The notes: generated by a model from the sequence alone, not told the origin. Shown: positions 48,595 through 55,838, numbered from the stretch's first letter. The stretch is 64,000 nucleotides of DNA from a virus (IMGVR_UViG_3300020577_010931:26951-90950), one strand, 5' to 3'. A program made the numbers and translations.

Positions 48595-48882
48595 TTAGTG
48601 GACCCGCACCAGCTTCAATTCGTAACCCAGGACCTTTAGGACGATCCTGATCGTCGGAAGCTGCGGCCGGCGGGTGGTGCCGTCGAGCCAGTTCTTGAGG
48701 GTCTGGCCGGTCACGCCGCTCTTGGAGCAGATGGCGTTGGTAGTCATGCCCGAATCGCGAATGGCGAAGATCACTTCAGAAAAGAGGGTATCTTCGTTCC
48801 CCCTTTCCGTCTGCTTGAGACCCTTTGCCTTCGGCTTCGCTGATGACGTCCTGTTGGAGACTGCGGTATTTGGAGAGAGCAT
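48595..48882 (-). CDS. XRE-family HTH regulator
   Basis: IRDSGMTTNAICSKSGVTGQTLKNWLDG.TRRPQLPTI..VL..LG. Confidence 0.75.
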   Translation of the reverse strand: MLSPNTAVSNRTSSAKPKAKGLKQTERGNEDTLFSEVIFAIRDSGMTTNAICSKSGVTGQTLKNWLDGTTRRPQLPTIRIVLKVLGYELKLVRVH

Positions 48883-49189
48883 TGGATGGCATCCTGTTGC
48901 GAGAGAAGAACTTCCTCCGGAGGAATATCTCGGCCAATCCCCGGACCGTCTTCGGGAACACCTGCATCCAGGCATCCCCACCGAGATCTCTCGCCGCTGC
49001 GGAGACTAGCCCCGTCAGCTTACGGTCCATGCTCAACTCGGAGAAGCGGCGCTGCTCAATCATCTTACGCAGCTCCTTCTCTTCTGCGAGGAACCTCGCG
49101 ACCGCTGGTTCTGTCCTGAGTTGGGATACGAGACACCTCAACTTGGTCTCGTTCGGCGCGTCCAGCGCGGGGCATTCGTTCAACGACAC
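48776..49189 (-). CDS. Hypothetical protein
   Basis: ORF overlaps both neighbours; the central part looks like real coding sequence. Confidence 0.4.
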   Translation of the reverse strand: MSLNECPALDAPNETKLRCLVSQLRTEPAVARFLAEEKELRKMIEQRRFSELSMDRKLTGLVSAAARDLGGDAWMQVFPKTVRGLAEIFLRRKFFSRNRMPSNALSKYRSLQQDVISEAEGKGSQADGKGERRYPLF

Positions 49190-49475
49190 TTCGCTCGTAC
49201 TCCACGAGTCTCCTGGGATACGAGATGACCATACCGTTCACACGCAACTCGATAACGCCATCAACTGGGAAACAGCGATATTCGAGCTTCTGGGCGTCCC
49301 AGACTGTGATCAGGTTATGGTCCTCGTCCCGGTAGGGCTTTGAGCCCCCGGTTAAGTGAGAGACAACGCCGATACGGCAAAGCATCCTGCGAAGTTCGCC
49401 ATCCGTCCTCTTAACGAACGTAACGCCGAAGAAGCGCCCGTCGCTAACCAGGTCCAGGATTTGCTCTCTTCGCAT
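49065..49475 (-). CDS. SH3/WYL-like beta-barrel protein
   Basis: FFGVTFVKRTDGELRRMLCRIG...LITVWD....YRCF. Confidence 0.65.
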   Translation of the reverse strand: MRREQILDLVSDGRFFGVTFVKRTDGELRRMLCRIGVVSHLTGGSKPYRDEDHNLITVWDAQKLEYRCFPVDGVIELRVNGMVISYPRRLVEYERSVVERMPRAGRAERDQVEVSRIPTQDRTSGREVPRRREGAA

Positions 49476-49568
49476 TCACATGCCCCTTGCTGATGTAACC
49501 AAATCACCAACAAGCCAATTGTAGGGCATGTGATTTCACACCGCCAGCGTTATTTAGTCACACGAGTC

Positions 49569-50483
49569 CTAGCTGGCGTCTTCGAGATCCTTGTCGGTGC
49601 GCCAGCCTTTGAAGATCGGGAACCGCGGCACGTCCTTCCATCCATATGGGCGATGCTCGAATGTCAGGATCTTCCCGAGATATGCTTCTCGATCATTCCA
49701 TATCTCGGTTCGCTCATCGTCATCAAACCCGGAACCTACGTCGAAGGTCTCTCCGGGCCACTTTGGAGACTCGCAGATGCAGGCTCCAAGATCTCCACGA
49801 CCAACCATGTTCTCCCGGTGACTAGACCGTTCGAGGTATCCCTGGGCATTGCGAACACCTTCGTTCGCATTGTGCATTCTCTCCTTGAAGCCGATGATGC
49901 GGGCTTCGTCGGTTTCCAGTCGAACCAGTTTGAGTAGGATGCCTTCCCGGACCGACGAACGACCGAACTTGTACGGAGCCTGTGGGTCACGGATCATTAC
50001 TCCTTCATATCCCAGAGACACGATCTTCTCCTCGTACTCCTTGAGTTCGTCGGTGTTCCGAATCAGATCATGAGGAAGAATCACGACCCTGTTCCCCTCT
50101 GGGTCTTCCCATTCTCTGCCATCGAGAAGACCGAAGCGGAATTGCCAAGGATTGTTTGGGTGTTCAAAGTGATCGAAGAGATAGACGGTGAACCGAGGCT
50201 CGCCCAGGATCGTGGACAACGCCTTCTGGGTCGTCCGATAGGTCAGCCTGGGTAGATTCGGCTCACCGACGATGATCTCACCGTCGCAGTGATAGAGACC
50301 CAGATGACTGAGTCTCTCCTGGGCGTAGAGGTTGGGGAAGGGCTTCAGATTTCGAGTAACGACAGAACCCTCCTGGGGATACCCCAGGAGGCGCATACCA
50401 TCGAGCTTCGGGCTGGCAAAGAGGGGAAACCGCAGTTTCCCGAAATCCTTCTCTTTGATCTTGTCAGCGAGTAGAGGGCGCAC
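49569..50483 (-). CDS. ATP-dependent DNA ligase
   Basis: SPKLDGMR (motif I KxDG); CDGEI; YEGVMIR; YKFGRSS..E..LLK; VGSGF; PRFPIFKGWR. Confidence 0.92.
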   Translation of the reverse strand: MRPLLADKIKEKDFGKLRFPLFASPKLDGMRLLGYPQEGSVVTRNLKPFPNLYAQERLSHLGLYHCDGEIIVGEPNLPRLTYRTTQKALSTILGEPRFTVYLFDHFEHPNNPWQFRFGLLDGREWEDPEGNRVVILPHDLIRNTDELKEYEEKIVSLGYEGVMIRDPQAPYKFGRSSVREGILLKLVRLETDEARIIGFKERMHNANEGVRNAQGYLERSSHRENMVGRGDLGACICESPKWPGETFDVGSGFDDDERTEIWNDREAYLGKILTFEHRPYGWKDVPRFPIFKGWRTDKDLEDAS

Positions 50484-50946
50484 GAGGAGCCTTTCGAATG
50501 AAGAGGGTGGGGCCGTCCTGACGAACCTTCAGAACAGTTGTTTCGGCCATGAGACGTTCGAGGGAATTCATCACAGTCTTCTCGATGTAGAAGTCCGGAT
50601 GCTGCTTGTAGTGATCGCGAAGCTGATTGACCAGGTCCGGAACACTGATGATCGCGTCTGGAAGATGATCGTAGAGATCTTGGTCGATATTGGCTCGGCT
50701 CCGACGACCGCCGTTGTAGTCGCGGAAAATCCACTTCGCCGGGAAGACGATACGGGGCGCGACGTACTGCGGCTGCTCCACGACGATGGGAGCAAGCTCG
50801 GGTTTGGGAGCCGGGAGAAGGAGTTGCTGGTCGGGTGTCATCTCCAGAGAAATGGTGACACCTTCGTCGCCTTCGAAATCCTGGATTGCTCGCAGGACAT
50901 CCGTCAGCTTCGAAATGCTGTTGGTCTTTATCTCAACCCTATACAT
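50464..50946 (-). CDS. Hypothetical protein
   Basis: Start taken as ATG 50946; the longer ORF start lies in a GC-rich non-coding-like patch. Confidence 0.55.
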   Translation of the reverse strand: MYRVEIKTNSISKLTDVLRAIQDFEGDEGVTISLEMTPDQQLLLPAPKPELAPIVVEQPQYVAPRIVFPAKWIFRDYNGGRRSRANIDQDLYDHLPDAIISVPDLVNQLRDHYKQHPDFYIEKTVMNSLERLMAETTVLKVRQDGPTLFIRKAPRAPSTR

Positions 50947-51160
50947 ACGACCCCCATAGGAGCGCCGTGGCGGCTCCCGCCGCTGCCCGGCAGTAGGGCA
51001 GGCGCCCGCCACGCGCGAGGCGCCACGGAGCATTTGCTGCGTGGCGCGGGGTCTCGTGCAGGCTGGTGCCTGCCGCGTGTACGTCTGTCTTGGAGATAAC
51101 GAGCGTCTGCATAGGTACTATGTTAGCAGCTTTGCGCTCGTTGGGTAACTATATTTTACT

Positions 51161-51400
51161 CTACGGCCCCAGAGTGTTCTTCAGAGCGTAGAAAACGACA
51201 TAGGCGACGAAGGTCGCCAACCCCGCCAGAAATCCGACGAAGATGGCCATAAGAATACACGTCAAGAAAGCGTCACGAATCGCCTTCAGAGCTTTCTCTA
51301 AGACGCTCTTGCTTTCGATAGTATTCTCGGAGTTCGTTTCGGGCATCGGCTGCTCTTTCATGCTTCTTGTAATTGAAGAGAGCCTGTGCGTCAAAAGCAA
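51161..51400 (-). CDS. Small membrane protein
   Basis: One long hydrophobic segment. Confidence 0.5.
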   Translation of the reverse strand: MLLTHRLSSITRSMKEQPMPETNSENTIESKSVLEKALKAIRDAFLTCILMAIFVGFLAGLATFVAYVVFYALKNTLGP

Positions 51401-51599
51401 CGAACCAAGCCATGCCGGAAATGATTCCGATGAGAAGTGAGATCACCAGGTGATGAACATAGGGAAGATCAAATTCCTGGAAAACATTGAAGGCAAGTAG
51501 CATCACCAGGGGCGAGATCAACGTCGCACCAAAGTACGATAGAACCAGATGAAGAACGACGCTCGCTTGGATCTTAGGCGGACGTCTATCTCGGTTCAT
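51273..51599 (-). CDS. Membrane protein with two TM helices
   Basis: Two hydrophobic segments and a charged C-terminus. Confidence 0.5.
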   Translation of the reverse strand: MNRDRRPPKIQASVVLHLVLSYFGATLISPLVMLLAFNVFQEFDLPYVHHLVISLLIGIISGMAWFVAFDAQALFNYKKHERAADARNELREYYRKQERLRESSEGDS

Positions 51600-51951
51600 A
51601 GTCGTCTCCTGGGAACCGTATGACCGGAACTTGTGCTTTCAACGCAAGGCTAACCATATTAGCCGTTCCAGTTTCTCCTGGAAAGGCAATGATGAGTTCA
51701 GGTTTACCTTCTTTTAGCATTAATTGATTTCTAATTGGACCAGCGGCTTTCTTGTAGCGATCCCAGTCCGCCGGGAAGTCGAGTTTCTCGATACCGCGAT
51801 CGATAGCCCACTGACGACCTAGAGTGTCGGCGCCTCTCGCCTTTCCGTTTATGACAAGTGTAATCCCGAGACCTCTATGGAGCCAATCCAGGAAGTCGTA
51901 CGTGGCCCATTGATTAGACCATTTCCGACCGCCACAGACTAGGACTCGCAT
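51586..51951 (-). CDS. DUF2493 / YspA-like SLOG family protein
   Basis: MRVLVCGGR; VING.ARGAD.LG..WA; FPADW..Y.KAAGPIRNQ.ML..GKP..IIAFPG..GT.NMV. Confidence 0.88.
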   Translation of the reverse strand: MRVLVCGGRKWSNQWATYDFLDWLHRGLGITLVINGKARGADTLGRQWAIDRGIEKLDFPADWDRYKKAAGPIRNQLMLKEGKPELIIAFPGETGTANMVSLALKAQVPVIRFPGDDYEPR

Positions 51952-51966
51952 AGAGACCTCGGGTGT

Positions 51967-52043
51967 TGGCGAACTCGCCGGGGCTCGAACCCGGAACCTA
52001 CAGCTTAGAAGGCTGTTGCTCTGTCCAATTGAGCTACGAGTTC
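51967..52043 (-). tRNA. tRNA-Arg (anticodon TCT), CCA encoded
   Basis: GAACTCG TA GCTC AATTGGACA GAGC A ACAGC CT-TCT-AA GCTGT AGGTT CCGGG TTCGAGC CCCGG CGAGTTC G CCA; full cloverleaf. Confidence 0.95.
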
Positions 52044-53671
52044 AGAAAGCCCTCCAGGACAGTCACGGCGCTGGCGTCGAACCCATTGATCAGGAGCGAG
52101 TCCGTATCCTTGGGATCGAGCGGGCTTCCGTTGGCCTGTCCCAGATCGAGACAGGCCAGCTTGATTCGACGCTTCTGATCCCTACGAAGACGAGTCATCG
52201 CCTGGGCGACGTGCCCGTTCCCGGCGTAGCTCTCGGTGTCGGTCAGAACGATGAGCGAGTCCGGCTTGTTCGGGCCGTCGCACTCGCGCACGAAAGCCTC
52301 CACAGCCTTGCTCATGTCCGTGCCGCCGCCCTGAGCCTTCCAGTCCAGACCGATCAGACCTGAACGCTTCCGGAGACCCGTATCGAACGACCAGACCGAA
52401 GCCTGCTCGTAGCGATTCTGAAGACAGATGCCGATTCCCAGGGCAGCATCCCAGCAGGAGATGATGTCCTTGCCCGACGTGGCATGGCTCATCGACTGGG
52501 ACTCGTCCAGCACGATGACATGCTTTCCCGGGCGACGCTCGAGGCTGCCCAACGAATCCATGAACTTCCGACCCAGGAGATCGGTCACGGAACGCATCGG
52601 GGTAAACTCCGAGTTCCGCGACTTCCCGCCCTTGCCTCCCGCCTGATAGAACTTCCAGGCGAGGAAGTAGTTGATCGGATGGACCTTCGCGTTGTCCTCC
52701 TCGGCCCAGGTCTGGACGGCCTGGACGTACATGTCCAGCATCTTCGGATCGTTGAAGATGTCACGACGCGTCAGGTTGCCGGCGTTGCGGACCAGCCACG
52801 TCAGTCCCTGCTTCCGGACGAGGAGCGCCTCCCAGACGGCCTTGTGCTTCAGCATCTCCGTCGGAATCATCTCCATGGTCAGACCATGCTCGAAGATGAG
52901 ATCGACGACGACCTTCGGCTCCTTGGCCTCCTGGGCCAGGAGATAGGCGCGAACCAGCGGCGGCAGTTCGCCAACACGCTCGCCCAGACGCTTCTCGAGA
53001 TCCTTGGGATCCTTCGTCGTCAGGAACTTGAACATCAGGTCCTGGGCACCGTTCTCCGGCTTCGGATGAGCGAGCATCAGCGCATCGCGCATGGCCCAGC
53101 CGTCGCGCTGACGATACTTGATGGCCTGGTTGGCCAGCGAGTCGATCGAGCGCTCCGTGAACCACTGGCCGACGTACTTGCGGCTCGCGTATCCCCAGCC
53201 GTGGAATCCCTCCATGTAGTCGATGAAGTGGAGGAGATGCGTGCCGATGCGGCAGTACCGCTTCAGACGCGACCACGCCTTCGTACGCTCGGCGACCGGG
53301 AACGTCGAAGACGTCAGGTACGCCAGAACGTACAGGGTCGGATCCTTGGACGCCGCGAGGCTGTTGTCGTTCACGTCGTCCATGACCGCGAAGATATCGT
53401 CGTACTTCCCCACCGAGGCGAGGTCGTTGACGATATTCACGAAGTCCTTGGTGAGCTTCGCTCCCTGGGCGTAGTAGGTTCCGTTCAGCGTTCCCGTGAT
53501 CAGGAAGCGACGGAACAGGTCGATGTCCTCCCGCTTGAAGGCGTAGCCTCCAGAGAGATTCTTGACCATCTCCCGCTCACGGCCGGGAATCGGCTTGGTC
53601 TGCGGGGTCTGTGCCAGCATGGCCGATCCCGGCCCTCTGGTCGCGAAATGTGAACGCATCGTCTTGGCCAT
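52034..53671 (-). CDS. Ro60/Rsr-like RNA-binding protein (TROVE + vWA domains)
   Basis: KNLSGGYAF...FRRFLITGT.NGTYY; R.GTHL.HF; GWG...RK.V..W; A.KYRQRDGW...D.L.LAHPK; LVRNAGNLT; vWA MIDAS LDESQSMS, GGGTDMS, LTDTE. Confidence 0.92.
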   Translation of the reverse strand: MAKTMRSHFATRGPGSAMLAQTPQTKPIPGREREMVKNLSGGYAFKREDIDLFRRFLITGTLNGTYYAQGAKLTKDFVNIVNDLASVGKYDDIFAVMDDVNDNSLAASKDPTLYVLAYLTSSTFPVAERTKAWSRLKRYCRIGTHLLHFIDYMEGFHGWGYASRKYVGQWFTERSIDSLANQAIKYRQRDGWAMRDALMLAHPKPENGAQDLMFKFLTTKDPKDLEKRLGERVGELPPLVRAYLLAQEAKEPKVVVDLIFEHGLTMEMIPTEMLKHKAVWEALLVRKQGLTWLVRNAGNLTRRDIFNDPKMLDMYVQAVQTWAEEDNAKVHPINYFLAWKFYQAGGKGGKSRNSEFTPMRSVTDLLGRKFMDSLGSLERRPGKHVIVLDESQSMSHATSGKDIISCWDAALGIGICLQNRYEQASVWSFDTGLRKRSGLIGLDWKAQGGGTDMSKAVEAFVRECDGPNKPDSLIVLTDTESYAGNGHVAQAMTRLRRDQKRRIKLACLDLGQANGSPLDPKDTDSLLINGFDASAVTVLEGFLNS

Positions 53672-53718
53672 CGTAGCCTCCTAAATCCCAAGGAGAATTC
53701 GCCTGGGGTACAAAAGCA

Positions 53719-53747
53719 TAGCGCCCGCCGGGTCTCGGCGGGCGCTA
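53719..53747 (-). terminator. Hairpin between the ncRNA region and Ro60 (terminator/attenuator)
   Basis: Perfect 12-bp stem TAGCGCCCGCCG/CGGCGGGCGCTA, followed on the - strand by TGCTTTTG. Confidence 0.65.
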
Positions 53748-53968
53748 GATGATTCACTCAGGGGTCGAGGGCTGCGACTCGGCGCAACACCCAACGACAG
53801 CTTCCACGACTAAGGGATCATGCAGACTACTTCAGGTCCATGTTTCCCCGCCAGGAGAGACCGACGGAATTCAGGGAAGAAACCCTATCCGCCTCGTGCA
53901 TGTATCACATGCTTCCCTGAGGTTCACAGATCAGGTGCCGGCCGGACAACTGCTCTGAGAATAACGGA

Positions 53969-54922
53969 GGACTGATGAGTTCGCTTGCGCAGTTGATGAA
54001 GGGTCAATCCACGACTTACGGAGTTTGAAGTCCGGGTCGAGGGATTGCTCGGTAGTGTGGTGAGCAATAACCTTCACACGGGCGACCAGTCCAATAGGTG
54101 AACCCGATGATATTGGCCGAGGGAGTCTACCAAAGCACTACAGCAGCACTAGGATAATCCTCAAACCACGACCGGGTCCGTGTAGGAGAATCCGATGAAC
54201 CTGAAAGAGGAGCGGGGCCATCTCTGGTCACCCTGGTAGTCTTGGAGGGATTTCACCTCCTGGCAGATAACCCTCAATCTACGACCGGATCCTTGTAGGT
54301 GAAGCTGATGAAAGAGATCGTGGGTCACGCGTCGTCGGGTGTAATAACCGACTGCCTTAACCGCTAGGCTACAGGTCCCTTGCGAGTCCTGATTGGATTC
54401 GAACCAATGTTTGATAACCCACTTGAGACGACCAGCTTCATGTCAGAGCCGAACCGATGAAACCTCTTGCGAGGGGACCCTCGCCCTTATGGTGGAGGGC
54501 GGGGTCGTAGCCAGCACTTTTTCTCCTTAGGAAAACGCTGAGCGGGACGACCGGTTCGGTTTAGGAGTCGAGTCGATGAGATGCCTTTCGGCGGTTAGGA
54601 CGGGTACCCCGCGGTGTGAACGCAGGACCGATAACCATCCAGGTGGGCGACCGACTCGAGATTTCGGTGGAGCTGATAAGGTGCCTTGCGGCTGAATGGA
54701 AAGCGGCTTTTCATTGAGAGTGAAAACGCTATCCGGGGCGACCAGCTCCATGCTAAGGACCGAACTGATGAGATGCCTTTCGGCGAGCGACAAGGGATCG
54801 TGCATTGAAGAACCCTCATCTAGGTCGACCAGTTCGGTAAATGGTGGAGCCGGCGAGATGCCTTTCGGCGCGAGGTCAGGAGGTCAGCTCATCCAGATGA
54901 TCCTGACAGAGCGGCCGGCTCC
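53969..54922 (-). ncRNA. Tandem array of nine Y-RNA-like structured ncRNA units
   Basis: Units (+ coordinates): 53969-54092, 54100-54179, 54188-54292, 54300-54440, 54449-54559, 54568-54659, 54668-54750, 54759-54838, 54846-54922. Each reads stem-GGUCG-N11-13-UUAUC-like box-variable domain-UCAUC-complementary stem. G.U pairs and GNRA loops fit only the - strand. Confidence 0.85.
54334..54408 (-). ncRNA. Circularly permuted tRNA-like domain inside the array unit at 54300-54440
   Basis: T arm AUUGG-UUCGAAU-CCAAU, then a GCAA-closed acceptor-like stem, then UA-GCCU-AGCGGUUA-AGGC D arm, then GUCGG/CCGAC anticodon-like arm. Confidence 0.8.
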
Positions 54923-55036
54923 GTGATTCTATTGTTCAAGATCCGTGAGGTCTGCTTCCAACCGGGGCCGAGCTTTGGACGCTCTGGGGGAACCTTCCGG
55001 TGCCCGGCCCCTTCATTGGATGCCACCAACAACCCC

Positions 55037-55065
55037 AAGGTACGCGGGGTGAAGTCTAGGCGCAA
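55037..55065 (-). promoter_or_regulatory. Putative sigma70 promoter driving the ncRNA array
   Basis: TTGCGC-N17-TACCTT on the - strand, the same TTGCnn-N17-TAnnnT pattern as the other promoters in the window. Confidence 0.55.
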
Positions 55066-55091
55066 GCCTAATTTTGCCTGACCGGTAAGTC

Positions 55092-55751
55092 TTAACGCGC
55101 CCGCATGCGCCAGAGACCAGCGATTTTCTTGAGCTCGAAATACTCGAGTTTCTCTTTGTTCATCTTCTCCATAAGCGTGTGGAGAGAGGAACCAGATACC
55201 ATCTTCCTGGGATTCAGGAACTCGTCAATGAAATGCCACGGATGATCAATGACCTGAGACTCATCCTCCGGGACAGAAGGAGTCCCGAAGGGGAGAGCAA
55301 GCTGAGTCGGCTTGAAGAGAGGCCACGGTTCCCACGGCGTCTTGCTGAGATCGAGACGCAGTAGAAGAAGCTCACCGAGCTCCCCGTTTTCGGCCCGTTC
55401 TCCTGGGACAGTCATCGTCGTGACCCAGGGCTTTTTGACCGAGATGTCCTTGGCCCAGATGTACTTGATTTCGCGGCTTGCCGCGTTGACCGAAATGATG
55501 GCCCAGGGATTTTCGCCGCGCAGCGACCGAAGAGTCTGATCGTTGATGGCGACGTTGCCGTAGGTCTGATTGACCCAGACGACGAGACCGTTCACCACCT
55601 TCTCGGGGTGACCCTTCTCGTGGAGATAGATGAAATCGTGGAGTCCTGGGGTAATCCCCGCCTTCTCCACCAACTCACGAGGTCTTTCCTCGTAGACGAG
55701 ATTCTGCTCGCCAAAGAACCGGTCGAACGTCTTCCTGACGATCGCCTTCAT
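55092..55751 (-). CDS. Hypothetical protein
   Basis: 219-aa ORF with AGGAGG RBS. Confidence 0.65.
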   Translation of the reverse strand: MKAIVRKTFDRFFGEQNLVYEERPRELVEKAGITPGLHDFIYLHEKGHPEKVVNGLVVWVNQTYGNVAINDQTLRSLRGENPWAIISVNAASREIKYIWAKDISVKKPWVTTMTVPGERAENGELGELLLLRLDLSKTPWEPWPLFKPTQLALPFGTPSVPEDESQVIDHPWHFIDEFLNPRKMVSGSSLHTLMEKMNKEKLEYFELKKIAGLWRMRAR

Positions 55752-55838
55752 TCGAACCTCCTAGAACAGCACAGAACAGAAGCGCACTCCCGCTTACGCG
55801 GGCACGGGTACTATAGGTGCATGGAGATCTAGCGGAGG

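Noticed and set aside
54334-54408. A second functional tRNA gene
   Set aside because: The arm order is permuted, the acceptor stem is closed by a tetraloop, there is no CCA end, and the anticodon loop is 9 nt.
54071-54825. The 11-13-nt variable segments after GGUCG as target-guiding spacers
   Set aside because: In several units they pair within the unit (UGGUUUGAGG with CCUCGGCCA; GUGGG with CCCAC), so a structural role explains them. A guide role is not excluded but has no support here.
53969-54922. Array read on the + strand as hammerhead ribozymes or box C/D / TIGR guide RNAs (CTGATGA motifs)
   Set aside because: No GAAA core follows stem II as a hammerhead requires. Two closing stems have A.C mismatches on + that are G.U pairs on -, and the tetraloops are GNRA only on -. 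No Nop-domain (Tas) protein is in the window.
53969-54922. CRISPR array or anti-CRISPR mini-array
   Set aside because: There are no identical direct repeats. The conserved parts are two short boxes, the units vary in length, the variable parts are self-structured, and no cas genes are present.
53749-54926. Short ORFs within the ncRNA region (53749..53958, 54527..54805, 54595..54819, 54696..54926)
   Set aside because: They have no good RBS or coding signature and cross the covarying RNA units.
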